From the IMG/VR virus record IMGVR_UViG_3300008255_000392, positions 1 through 27,674 of that record: DNA of 27,674 nt; one strand, 5' to 3'. This document shows, in pieces, positions 17,312-26,102 of the stretch. Below the pieces are notes generated by a model. It had not been told where the DNA came from. It did no database searches and worked only from the letters and a program-made list of their open reading frames with translations. Position 1 is the stretch's first letter, and each line of letters starts with the position of its first letter. The position numbers and the translations under genes are program-made. The stretch comes from a virus. Lineage: Duplodnaviria > Caudoviricetes.

Positions 17312-18354
17312 TGCTGAACACTCTCTCCCTCTGCCCGACCTGTTACAAGAAGATCCCCGCAGAGATCCATTTCACGAACGGCGCGGTGATGGTGAAGGAG
17401 TGCGACGTCCATGGGCAGACGGTCGCCCTCTGCGAACGGGATGCGGAGCATTTCTCGAACTTCTACGAATACGGGACCCTGGGGAACTCGAACACGATCA
17501 TCATCCACGTTCACAACCAATGCAACATGACGTGTCCCTGGTGCTATTACCCGATGGGCGTGGAAAAGATGCACGACTTCCCCTGGTACGACGTCCTCCT
17601 GCGTCAGTACAAGGGGAATTTCCGGCTCCTGCTCTCCGGTGGGGAGCCCACGATCCGGCCGGATTATTTCTCGTTCAATGAACGAGCCGCCGAGGCCGGA
17701 TGGAACACGGGCTCGATCACGAATATGCTCAAACTGGCCGACGACGACTTCTTCAAGAGGACCTCCGAAAGCCCCCTCTACGTCCAGGACGGGACCTATA
17801 AATTCGCCATGTCGATGCAACACCCAAAGAACTATTCCCCGGAGATCGCGGTTCAGAAGATGAAAGCCCTGGCCAACATCCGGGCGGCGGGCTTGAAGGC
17901 GATGTGCATCATGTTCTCGATCCAGTCCTTGGACGAACTCCGGTGGATCCGGGAATTCTACGAGGGAACCAAGGAGTGCTACTCCATGCTCCGGATCCGG
18001 ACCATGTTCAAGAACTGGAACAACAAGGGGGATCGGTCCAACCTGTTCCTCTCCGACCTCCACCGGTCTTTCATGCGGATCTTCGAAGACCTGACGCCGT
18101 TGCAATCCCGGGAGATCGAACACTCGAACGCCTACTGCCTCTACATGAAGATGTCCGATGGCATGAACGTGTCGCTCTCCTGCGCACCCACGGTGGAAAA
18201 CGTCGATTACCACCTGACGTCGCGGCCGGTGTTCATGCTTGCGATGGACGGAAGGTGCTACCCCGTGCCTCTGGCCCAGATCATCAACGAGGGGATCTCG
18301 AAAGGTTGGAAAGACGGATACAGGATCGAAGGAGGAACGCCATGTACTTCGTGA
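17311..18354 (+). CDS. Radical SAM protein with N-terminal CxxC...CxxHG domain (COG1964/MJ0619-like architecture)
   Basis: ATG overlaps the upstream TGA; TLSLCPTC...KECDVHG; CNMTCPWC (CxxxCxxC); LSGGEPT; ITN. Confidence 0.85.
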   Translation: MLNTLSLCPTCYKKIPAEIHFTNGAVMVKECDVHGQTVALCERDAEHFSNFYEYGTLGNSNTIIIHVHNQCNMTCPWCYYPMGVEKMHDFPWYDVLLRQYKGNFRLLLSGGEPTIRPDYFSFNERAAEAGWNTGSITNMLKLADDDFFKRTSESPLYVQDGTYKFAMSMQHPKNYSPEIAVQKMKALANIRAAGLKAMCIMFSIQSLDELRWIREFYEGTKECYSMLRIRTMFKNWNNKGDRSNLFLSDLHRSFMRIFEDLTPLQSREIEHSNAYCLYMKMSDGMNVSLSCAPTVENVDYHLTSRPVFMLAMDGRCYPVPLAQIINEGISKGWKDGYRIEGGTPCTS

Positions 18355-18845
18355 TCGGTGCGGCAATCATCGGTGGAGGAATCGCCGCCTACTCGAGCAA
18401 CAAGGCGGCGAAGGCGAATGCGAAGTCCCAGAAGGAAGCCAACGCCGCGAATATCGCGGCGAACGAGAAGGCACACACCATGACGCCCGAGGAAAAGGCG
18501 GCCTTCTTCAATACCGGCATGCAGAAGATCAACACGGGGTACAACACGTCGATCGACGCGACCTCGAGGGCTCTCGCGAAACGCGGCCTGGGAGGGAACG
18601 CGGCGGCCATGCCCCTGGCGGCCATCGGCCGAGGACGGGCTTCCTCGATCGGGGACCTGTACTCCGGACTCGTATCGACCCAGATGAACATGAGGGCGGG
18701 AACCCCGCCGTCGAACATCCAACCCGTCTACTCCGGCGCGGGCGCGGCGAACCTGTTCATGAACACGATGGGGAACACGATGGCGAACGTCGGGTCCTAC
18801 GGGGCCGGAAGGTACCTCGACAAGTATTTCAAGGCGAAGGTCTAA
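18342..18845 (+). CDS. Probable internal virion/ejection protein (small)
   Basis: AAGGAGG RBS; hydrophobic Gly-rich N-terminus VIGAAIIGGGIAAYSS followed by an Ala/Lys/Asn helix and LAKRGLGG, as in P22 gp7 / T7 gp14-type proteins. Confidence 0.65.
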   Translation: MYFVIGAAIIGGGIAAYSSNKAAKANAKSQKEANAANIAANEKAHTMTPEEKAAFFNTGMQKINTGYNTSIDATSRALAKRGLGGNAAAMPLAAIGRGRASSIGDLYSGLVSTQMNMRAGTPPSNIQPVYSGAGAANLFMNTMGNTMANVGSYGAGRYLDKYFKAKV

Positions 18846-18855
18846 GGAGGGCGTC

Positions 18856-20322
18856 ATGGCCGGATTCCAACCGTTCGAGACGATGCCGGATATGTCGAAG
18901 TTCCTATTCGCGGGACTCGATCAGGCGCGGAAGGACCGGGAAAAGCGGGAGAAGTCCAAGGCGATGAAGGACCTCTTTTCCTCCGTCTCCACCCTGTTCA
19001 AGGACGAAATCCCCAACTGGAATCCGTCCTCCGCGCAAGATCTCACGCCTCTCGCGGAACCCGCACCGGCCGGGATCCCCTCCGGCGCGCCGTCTCCTAT
19101 CCCCGCGGCTTCGCCGTCCGCAGGACCGCCAATGCCCGCCGCCGGGGCACCCGCTCCAAGCGGCTTCCCTCCCGTGTTGGGGATGCCTCCGCTCTCCCCG
19201 GAGCAGATCGCAAAGGCGAAGGAATCGTTCGCCAAGATGTCTCCGGAAGACCAGGCGAAGGCGATGGAGGCGGGGAAACAGGCGATGGGAGTCCCTTCGG
19301 GACCGACTCCACCCGCCGCGGGACCTTCGCCGGGGATGTTGAACCTCCAACCGCCGCCTCCGGCAGGGCTCATGTCGCCGGTAGGGCCGGCGATGCCCCC
19401 GGGGATGCCCCTTGGCGCCCCCGGACAGGATCCGAACGCCTTGCGGGCGGGGATCATGAACTCCCTCGCGCAGACCTCCGGGGATTACGCCCCCGAGGCG
19501 GTAGCCGCCATCCATTCGCTGTTCTCGGTGAGCCCCTTCAAGGACACGGAAGGAAGGGACGTATACTCGGCCGCCCCGGGCTCCGTCGTCATGGACAAAA
19601 AAGGCAGGACCCTTTTCAAGGTCCCCGAGAAGGCCGACGAGGCAGGGATCAAGAAGGCCGAGATCGGTGCCGGCGCGACGGTGAAGGCGGCCAAGATCGG
19701 CGCCGGGAGCCGGGAAGCCGCCGCGAAGATCCGAGGGAAGTGGCAGTACAAGAGCGCCGTCGCCCGGGCGAACGCCGCGCGGACCGTGGCAAAGATCCGT
19801 CTCACGGCGGGGGATCGGATCAATTCCCCCGCGAAACTCTACACCTACCTGTCGCAGAAGTTCCTCGACGGCACCCTGCAACCGGCCGAGAAGGAGATCC
19901 TCAACCACCTGGAACCCGTCATCATCAAGATGGGCGGGCTCCAGACCCTGCTCGATATGCAATCCGGAGTCTCGTCGAATCCCCCGCCCTGGGGCGGGAA
20001 CGAACCGGCCGAGACGCCGGATCCGGAAGTACAGCAGGAAGTGGGGTGGTGGGGATCCCTGTTCAACGGCGCCCCGGGCACGACGACTCCCGTCGTTCCT
20101 GCTCCGATCGCCAAGAAAACCCCCGGAAAGGCTGCGCCGGCCAAGGCACCGGCAGTAGGCCCGGGATTCTCGATCGGCGGGCAGAAACTTACCGCTCCCA
20201 CGGGCTATTCAGACGCCGATATTCAGATGACGATGGATTCCATGCAAGCGAAACTCAAGGAGGGGTACTCCAAGGATCAACTGTTCGAGCATTTGAGAAA
20301 AAAAGGTTGGAAAGTGCAGTAG
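18856..20322 (+). CDS. Probable internal virion/ejection protein (Pro-rich)
   Basis: AAGGAGG RBS; Pro/Ala/Met low-complexity segments; middle position in the ejection trio. Confidence 0.55.
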   Translation: MAGFQPFETMPDMSKFLFAGLDQARKDREKREKSKAMKDLFSSVSTLFKDEIPNWNPSSAQDLTPLAEPAPAGIPSGAPSPIPAASPSAGPPMPAAGAPAPSGFPPVLGMPPLSPEQIAKAKESFAKMSPEDQAKAMEAGKQAMGVPSGPTPPAAGPSPGMLNLQPPPPAGLMSPVGPAMPPGMPLGAPGQDPNALRAGIMNSLAQTSGDYAPEAVAAIHSLFSVSPFKDTEGRDVYSAAPGSVVMDKKGRTLFKVPEKADEAGIKKAEIGAGATVKAAKIGAGSREAAAKIRGKWQYKSAVARANAARTVAKIRLTAGDRINSPAKLYTYLSQKFLDGTLQPAEKEILNHLEPVIIKMGGLQTLLDMQSGVSSNPPPWGGNEPAETPDPEVQQEVGWWGSLFNGAPGTTTPVVPAPIAKKTPGKAAPAKAPAVGPGFSIGGQKLTAPTGYSDADIQMTMDSMQAKLKEGYSKDQLFEHLRKKGWKVQ

Positions 20323-20325
20323 GTC

Positions 20326-23300
20326 ATGGATCCCTTCGCTGACTTGGCCCCACCCGTCCGCGCCGCTGATCCGTTCGCGGATCTCGGACCGCCGAGGAAG
20401 GCTACCGATCCCTTTGTGGATCTGGAGCCGTTACCTCCCGTTCCGGAACCGGACGCCTTCGGCATGGTGCCGGTAGAACACCCGTTGGATCTCGCCCTCG
20501 GAGCCGGCGCGTCGTCCGTCGATCTCTCCAAGGGAATCGTCCAATCCCTCGCGGGTGGACTCGGAGCGGCGGGGGCAATCCCCTCGGCGATCTATAACAA
20601 GCAGCCGGAGATCATTCCGCAGACGTTCGAGAAGATCTCCAGCGCTTTCCCGATGGAGCCTGTCTGGAACGCGATCCTGCCGGAACAGGCCAATGTCTAC
20701 CGGAAGGGAATCAACATTCCGGTATCCGAACTGGCAACCTTCCCCCAAGCGTCTGAGAATCTCGGGGACATCATCCTCGAAAAGACCGGCTCCCCCACAA
20801 TAGCGGCGGCGGCGGCTACTTTACTGCAAGCGCTTCCCATCGGTGTGATGAGCAAAACCGGAGCGGAACTGCTCAAAAAGGGCGGGAAGGCGGCCGTAGA
20901 GTCGGTTGTCTCCGATATCCCCCAGGAAACCCTCTACAAGACGGGCCAAAAGACCACCTACACCCGGGCCGACCTCCAAAAGATCCTCACCCAGGACCCA
21001 ACCGCGGATCCAGTCCTGTACGAGCGGGTCACCACGGATCCCGCCTTCAAGCAAACCCTCGTCGACGCCCTGCGCAAGGGGGATCTCTCCGTCGAGGAAC
21101 TGCACCCGAACTGGCTCGGGAAGATCCTCGGCAAGGAGCCGATCACAACCGAGACTCCGACCGAAACACCCCCGCCCGCAAGCCCCAAGGGGGCCCTGCC
21201 GGCCGAGGGGGAAACCGGCGTCACTCCCGCCCCTACGGGTCCTGATCTCATGCCAGGAGGGCAGGGAGGCGTTGCAGAGCCCCTTCCCGGTACGATCTTG
21301 GAGACAAAGACGCAGATGGACGCCGCGAACGCCGTCGCTACGAAGGCGATGTGGGAGCGGCAGGGATTCGATGCAACGATCGAGGGAGATCCGTCCGGAC
21401 TCGGGCATATCGTCACCCGCAGGGTAAAAAAAGGGTACGAAGCCCCGACCGCGCCGGATCCCTTCGCCGATCTGGCCCCCGTTTCGACTCCCGAGGGAAC
21501 CCAAGCGCCTTCGGTCGAGAGAGCGCCCACGCCGCAAGCGGTGGGAACACCGTGGACCGTCCCTTCCCCCGGTCCCGCGGCGGGGCCAGAACCTTTCACC
21601 GAACGTCGAGTAGCCCAGACGTCGGGTCCCCGGGAGCGGCGCGAAGATCTCGCCACCCGGAAGAAGATCGACGAAATGACGCCCGAGGAACAATCGGCCG
21701 CCCTCCGGTATGACGAGAAAACGGGGCTCAAGTCCCATCGGGCCTTCCTCGAGGAAGCCGACACGAAGCCGGTCAAGGTTGCCTTCGACATGAACGGCCT
21801 CAAATGGATCAACGACAATCTCGGCCATGCCGTTGGAGACGATGCTATCCGCGCGGTAGCAGACGCCATCCACGCGGCGCACGGAGACGGGTACAGGATC
21901 TCCGGAGACGAACTGGCGATTCTTGCCGACCACCCCGCGGCGGCCAAGGGAGCGATCGCAAAGATCCGGGACATTCTGAAAGAGACGGAGATCATCGCAA
22001 CACGGCCGGATGGTACGGAGGCGCGGTTCAAAGGCCTCACGATCACGCGGGGAATTGGAGGAACGATAGATGAAGCGTTTACCACCCTCAACGCAGATAA
22101 GGAAGCCGCCATCGGGCGGGGGGACCGCTCCAAAGAGCGCGGAGGACGCCCTCTTGGACTTCTTGAAGTCGCAACCGGGGGGAACGAAGTTCCGGTTCAA
22201 ACTCCCGGACCTCATGCACAACTTCCCACCCGTCCCGAAGGGGATCAGGAGGTAGCCCATGATAAAGAAAACGTCCCAGGGGTACCAAGTAACCTCCCGA
22301 AAGGGGAAACCCCTGTCAAAACCGAACCTGTCACCGGAGGCGGCGAAGGCGCGCCTCGCCCAGGTGGAGATGTTCAAGCACATGAAGGAGCAACACCCGC
22401 TCAAGGAGAGACAACTGAAGCGAAAACGGTTGGAGGAAAGGCTCCGGAAGGGATAGCCCCCGCCGTCACTTGGAAGAAAGCCGCGATCGTTCCCACCCGG
22501 GAAGGCGTGAAGGCCGTTCCGATCGAAGAAAAGCCCGAGCCCCCCGAGGGCGGGACGAAACTGTACGCCTCGCCCCTCGATCCGGAACTGATCGCTCAGG
22601 CGTGGCAATCCCTGAAGCATTCCACGGCTGAATTGAAGGAGCGGCACCGTCTCGCCAAGAGTGCGAAGGGTCTGGATCTCAACTGGTTCAACAAGAAGGT
22701 GAACACCCCGTACTACGTTTTCACCGAGAAATTCCCCCGGTATCGCGGAGTGTTTGACCGGATGCGTCAGATGATGCAGGAGCGGGACGACATCGCCGCG
22801 TCTCTCGCGGAGGACGCGATATCGTTTTTCTCCGGGCTCGAATTCAAGGAGAAGGATGCCGTCAATAAACTGCTCATCAAGGGACGGTATCAGCGGAAGG
22901 TCTGGACGCGGGACGAACTGGTGGAGGAAGGGAAACTCTCCACGAAGCAGATCGACGCCTATCTCGGAATTCGGGCGATGCTCGACCGAGCCCTCGACAT
23001 TTACGAGGACGGCATCATGTACCGGATCACCAAGGGGAAGATGCAAGCGTCCTCGAACCTCTCCGTTCCCCTCATCAAAGATTCCCTGGTCGGTCTGGGA
23101 TTCGATGACGATCGGATCGAGCAGATCGCCGCCCTGATCGGGAGCATCAGGGAGACGAAGCGCAAGGGGTACGCGCCGTTCGCCCGGTTCGGGAACTTCT
23201 CCTACGGCTACGTCCACGTCAAGGAGGACGGCACTCCGGACTGGCAGAATCCCTCCAACTACTTCGCCAAGGAGGAAACCGCGTGGAAGGCGGCCGAGAA

Positions 23301-25308
23301 GTACCAGGTCCTTCTCAAGCGGTTCCACAAGGGGATCTCCGAGGGGCGTCTGATCCCGGTCCCGCCGAAGGAATTGAAGCAGACCGAGGAAGCAAAACTC
23401 TTGCAGGAGATTGGCGGGTTTGAACTCGACGTCATCAAGAAAATCATGGCCCTCGACCCGGAGGCGGCCGCGTCCCTGAAAGAAACCGTGGAGCAGTTCT
23501 TCCAGGCGCAGGGGTTCCGTAGGCATTTCTTTGAGTCCAAGGACTCCCCGGGCTTCTCCACCGACATGGAGCGGGCCCTCGCGGATTACATCGTCTCCCT
23601 GTCCGGGTTCGTCTCGAGGATCAAGGGGATCCCGGAGATGGACAACGCCGCCGCGGGGATGGAGCGGATCCCGGACCTGGCACGGTACTACCGGGAGTGG
23701 AAGAACTATTCGATCTCGCCCCAGGAGGAATTCCATCAACTCCGGGCCGGCCTGTTCCTCTACTTCCTCGGGGGGAACGTCAAGAGCGCCGCGATCAACC
23801 TGACGCAGACGTTCGTGACGACGATCCCCTGGCTCACGCAGTACGTCTCCCCGTTCCGTGCGACGGAGGAAGTCACCCGGGCCGTGAAGGACTTAACCAC
23901 CGCGATGGGCAAACGGGAGGATGGGACCTTCGGTGTGGTGGTCGACAAACTGCCGAAGGATATTCGGGAGATCGTCCGGAGGGGGTACGACGAGGGGATC
24001 GTCTCCGAGCAACTGATCTACGACCTCATGGGGACCGTTCGCAAGCCGTCCTCGATCCGGAAACTCTCCAAGCAGAAGCAGAGGGCCGTCCGGGGATTCG
24101 GATACCTGTTCTCCCTCGCGGAGAAGTCGAACCGGCTGATATCTTTGATAGCGGCGGCCCGGATCCACCAGTCCCTCTCCCAGAAACACGCGGCGAAGAT
24201 GACGGCGTTCGACGCGGGCGGCGGCGGGAAGGAGCCGCCGAAGCCCCCCGGGGGCGGCGGGGCCATACCCTTCGAGGAAGATCCTTTCGAATTCGGGAAG
24301 CGGGCGACGGACGAGACGCAATTCATCTACGCGAAGTACAACCGGCCGGCGATGTTCCGCGGGTGGGGATCCCTGCTCGGGACCTTCCGGACGTTCGTCA
24401 TCAACTTCCTCGAATTCCTCGCCCGGTTGTGGAATCGGGACTCGCTCCGGGCCGTGGGCTCCGTGTTCGTCATGCTCTGGGCCTTCTCCGGGATCCTGGG
24501 GATGCCCTTCGCGGAGAACGTGAAGTACATCCTCGAGGAGGTCGCGGGGATGATCACCCACAAGAAACCCGACCTCGAGACGGCCGTCCGGGAGTGGGGC
24601 TACGAGAATATGGGCGGCCCGGAATTCATGGATTACCTGCTCCACGGACCGTTCCGTCAGGCGACGGGGTTCGATATATCGGCCTCCGTGGGCGTGGGAG
24701 ACGTCCTTCCGTTCTTCGATCGGTATTTCGCTCGGTCCCCCATCGAGACGGTGATCGGGGCTCCCGCCGAAGTCCTCTTAAATCGCCCCGCGCGCGCCTA
24801 CGGATTCTTGAAGGAGGGGCGCCCGTACCGCGCGGCCGAGACGGTAGCGCCGGAATTCCTCCGGAATCCGATGTACGCCGGCAGGATCCTCAAGGAAGGC
24901 GTCCTGGACCGTTCCGGGGGGCAGATCGTCGCCAAGAAGGCCGTCTCCGGTGCCGACGTGGCGAAGAAGGCCCTCGGATTCATACCGACGCAGATCGCCA
25001 AGGCATACGAGCGGGAGAGAGCAAAAGCCCGCATTGGGGAGCGGTCGGAGCAGTTGAAGAAGGACGCGACCCGAGCCCTGCTCAATGCGATCCGGATCGG
25101 GGATCGGCAGAAGGCCGTCTCCATCCTGAAATCGACGGGGCCCAAGCCGGGAGTCCCGCCCGAGGAATGGATCATCCTCAACGAACAGGCGATCGAGAAA
25201 TCGCTTGAGAATACGCTCCTCCCCCCGGAACTCCGGGGGCTACTGCGACAGCCGAATCTGCAACGACCGGCGTTCCTGCGAATGAATAAAGTTTACGGAG
25301 GGAAATGA
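20326..25308 (+). CDS. Large polyvalent ejection protein with GGDEF and PLxRFG-like domains
   Basis: 1660 aa; N-terminal DPFADL repeats; GGDEF-like domain; GYAPFARFG (PLxRFG-type motif, about 23167); helical C-terminal region LGGNVKSAAINLTQ / ETQFIYAKYNRP. Confidence 0.75.
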   Translation: MDPFADLAPPVRAADPFADLGPPRKATDPFVDLEPLPPVPEPDAFGMVPVEHPLDLALGAGASSVDLSKGIVQSLAGGLGAAGAIPSAIYNKQPEIIPQTFEKISSAFPMEPVWNAILPEQANVYRKGINIPVSELATFPQASENLGDIILEKTGSPTIAAAAATLLQALPIGVMSKTGAELLKKGGKAAVESVVSDIPQETLYKTGQKTTYTRADLQKILTQDPTADPVLYERVTTDPAFKQTLVDALRKGDLSVEELHPNWLGKILGKEPITTETPTETPPPASPKGALPAEGETGVTPAPTGPDLMPGGQGGVAEPLPGTILETKTQMDAANAVATKAMWERQGFDATIEGDPSGLGHIVTRRVKKGYEAPTAPDPFADLAPVSTPEGTQAPSVERAPTPQAVGTPWTVPSPGPAAGPEPFTERRVAQTSGPRERREDLATRKKIDEMTPEEQSAALRYDEKTGLKSHRAFLEEADTKPVKVAFDMNGLKWINDNLGHAVGDDAIRAVADAIHAAHGDGYRISGDELAILADHPAAAKGAIAKIRDILKETEIIATRPDGTEARFKGLTITRGIGGTIDEAFTTLNADKEAAIGRGDRSKERGGRPLGLLEVATGGNEVPVQTPGPHAQLPTRPEGDQEVAHDKENVPGVPSNLPKGETPVKTEPVTGGGEGAPRPGGDVQAHEGATPAQGETTEAKTVGGKAPEGIAPAVTWKKAAIVPTREGVKAVPIEEKPEPPEGGTKLYASPLDPELIAQAWQSLKHSTAELKERHRLAKSAKGLDLNWFNKKVNTPYYVFTEKFPRYRGVFDRMRQMMQERDDIAASLAEDAISFFSGLEFKEKDAVNKLLIKGRYQRKVWTRDELVEEGKLSTKQIDAYLGIRAMLDRALDIYEDGIMYRITKGKMQASSNLSVPLIKDSLVGLGFDDDRIEQIAALIGSIRETKRKGYAPFARFGNFSYGYVHVKEDGTPDWQNPSNYFAKEETAWKAAEKYQVLLKRFHKGISEGRLIPVPPKELKQTEEAKLLQEIGGFELDVIKKIMALDPEAAASLKETVEQFFQAQGFRRHFFESKDSPGFSTDMERALADYIVSLSGFVSRIKGIPEMDNAAAGMERIPDLARYYREWKNYSISPQEEFHQLRAGLFLYFLGGNVKSAAINLTQTFVTTIPWLTQYVSPFRATEEVTRAVKDLTTAMGKREDGTFGVVVDKLPKDIREIVRRGYDEGIVSEQLIYDLMGTVRKPSSIRKLSKQKQRAVRGFGYLFSLAEKSNRLISLIAAARIHQSLSQKHAAKMTAFDAGGGGKEPPKPPGGGGAIPFEEDPFEFGKRATDETQFIYAKYNRPAMFRGWGSLLGTFRTFVINFLEFLARLWNRDSLRAVGSVFVMLWAFSGILGMPFAENVKYILEEVAGMITHKKPDLETAVREWGYENMGGPEFMDYLLHGPFRQATGFDISASVGVGDVLPFFDRYFARSPIETVIGAPAEVLLNRPARAYGFLKEGRPYRAAETVAPEFLRNPMYAGRILKEGVLDRSGGQIVAKKAVSGADVAKKALGFIPTQIAKAYERERAKARIGERSEQLKKDATRALLNAIRIGDRQKAVSILKSTGPKPGVPPEEWIILNEQAIEKSLENTLLPPELRGLLRQPNLQRPAFLRMNKVYGGK
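21712..22107 (+). other. GGDEF (diguanylate cyclase-like) domain inside the large protein
   Basis: DEKTGLKSHRAF...FDMNGLKWINDNLGHAVGDDAI...YRISGDEL...TITRGIG...AFTTLNADK matches the DxLTGLxNRR / DxDxFKxxNDxxGHxxGD / RxGGDEF / SxG / AK layout. Confidence 0.85.
22070..22255 (+). CDS. Nested overprinted small protein 1 (61 aa, +1 frame)
   Basis: GGAGG RBS upstream; third-position GC bias moves to this frame over its 3' half; begins in the last helix of the GGDEF domain. Confidence 0.55.
   Translation: MKRLPPSTQIRKPPSGGGTAPKSAEDALLDFLKSQPGGTKFRFKLPDLMHNFPPVPKGIRR
22259..22456 (+). CDS. Nested overprinted small basic protein 2 (65 aa, +1 frame)
   Basis: AGGAGGT RBS 5 nt before the ATG; MIKKTSQGYQVTSRKGKPL..AAKARLAQVEMFKH looks like a folded small phage protein; phage-typical codons occur in this frame rather than the host frame. 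Confidence 0.7.
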   Translation: MIKKTSQGYQVTSRKGKPLSKPNLSPEAAKARLAQVEMFKHMKEQHPLKERQLKRKRLEERLRKG

Positions 25309-26102
25309 TGAAGAACCGAACGAAGTTTTTGGTACTGCTCTCGGTGATCATGATTTCCTCGGTCCTTGCTTTCGGGGCGGACACGATCACGAAGGGGCTC
25401 ATCGGGAAGGAGGACATTTACTTCGGGACGGACAATGTGCCGGCCCAGACGTTCTCCCGGGCTACCTCCACGGGATCCACGATCACCCTGACGCGCCTCA
25501 ACGGATCGCACATCCCCTGGGATAACTCGTACACAGCGACGATCCGGCCGAAGAACGTCATCGGGAATAATACCGGGACGATCTCGGGGTACGGGCTTTC
25601 GATCTCAACGCTGTCCCTGTCCTCCACCTTGGCGGTTATCGGCGCCACGACATTGACGGGGCACCTGGACGGCAGTACGGCGACCTTTTCCGGAGCCCTG
25701 ATATCGGACAACCTGGCCACGGGGGCGATCTCCACAACGGGAGTAAAAAACTCCGGGACCTCCACGGCTTTGATCGGAGCCTTCAAAAAGATCACCCTTG
25801 ATGAAAAGGTGCGGGACACGGCCGCCGCGGCGCCCACGTCCGGGACCTATGCGGTAGGAGACATTGTTTTCAGCACGGTTGCCGTTGTCCCGACGACGAT
25901 CGCGGACACGCCGATCTACTGGTACTGCTCCGTGGCCGGCACTCCGGGGACTTGGGTTGCCGTCTATCCGATCTTCCGGGCAACTCCCGCCTCGGCAACG
26001 GCTTTCGGGAAGCTGGGGATGATCGCCATTGACAACTCGTATATCTACACCGTGCCGATTACCGATAACGCCTGGAAACGGGCAGGGGCCGCGGCATGGT
26101 AG
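25305..26102 (+). CDS. Tail-fibre-like protein with N-terminal signal-peptide-like segment
   Basis: PTSGTYAVGDIV..WYCSVAGTPGTW and PASATAFGKLG..DNSYIY..NAWKR motifs resemble fibre modules; N-terminus MKNRTKFLVLLSVIMISSVLAFGA. Confidence 0.6.
   Translation: MMKNRTKFLVLLSVIMISSVLAFGADTITKGLIGKEDIYFGTDNVPAQTFSRATSTGSTITLTRLNGSHIPWDNSYTATIRPKNVIGNNTGTISGYGLSISTLSLSSTLAVIGATTLTGHLDGSTATFSGALISDNLATGAISTTGVKNSGTSTALIGAFKKITLDEKVRDTAAAAPTSGTYAVGDIVFSTVAVVPTTIADTPIYWYCSVAGTPGTWVAVYPIFRATPASATAFGKLGMIAIDNSYIYTVPITDNAWKRAGAAAW

Noticed and set aside
17311-18354. Radical SAM as QueE/7-deazaguanine pathway enzyme or NrdG
   Set aside because: No queC/queD/folE/dpdA or nrdD nearby, and the N-terminal CxxC...CxxHG domain and length do not fit.
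1844-22259. Possible TAG recoding/readthrough: several TAG stops are followed in frame by the next ATG (1846/1850, 3098/3099, 20322/20326, 22255/22259)
   Set aside because: Long genes are intact under code 11. Other TAG stops (3800, 6563, 26102) are followed by out-of-frame genes, and most downstream ATGs have their own SD.
20821-23739. 972-aa minus-strand ORF and other long antisense/alternative ORFs (e.g. 10519-12105, 5279-6970, 23697-25208)
   Set aside because: Shadow frames expected in GC-rich DNA: Arg/Pro/Gly-rich or mirror composition, no motifs, fully overlapping well-supported + strand genes.
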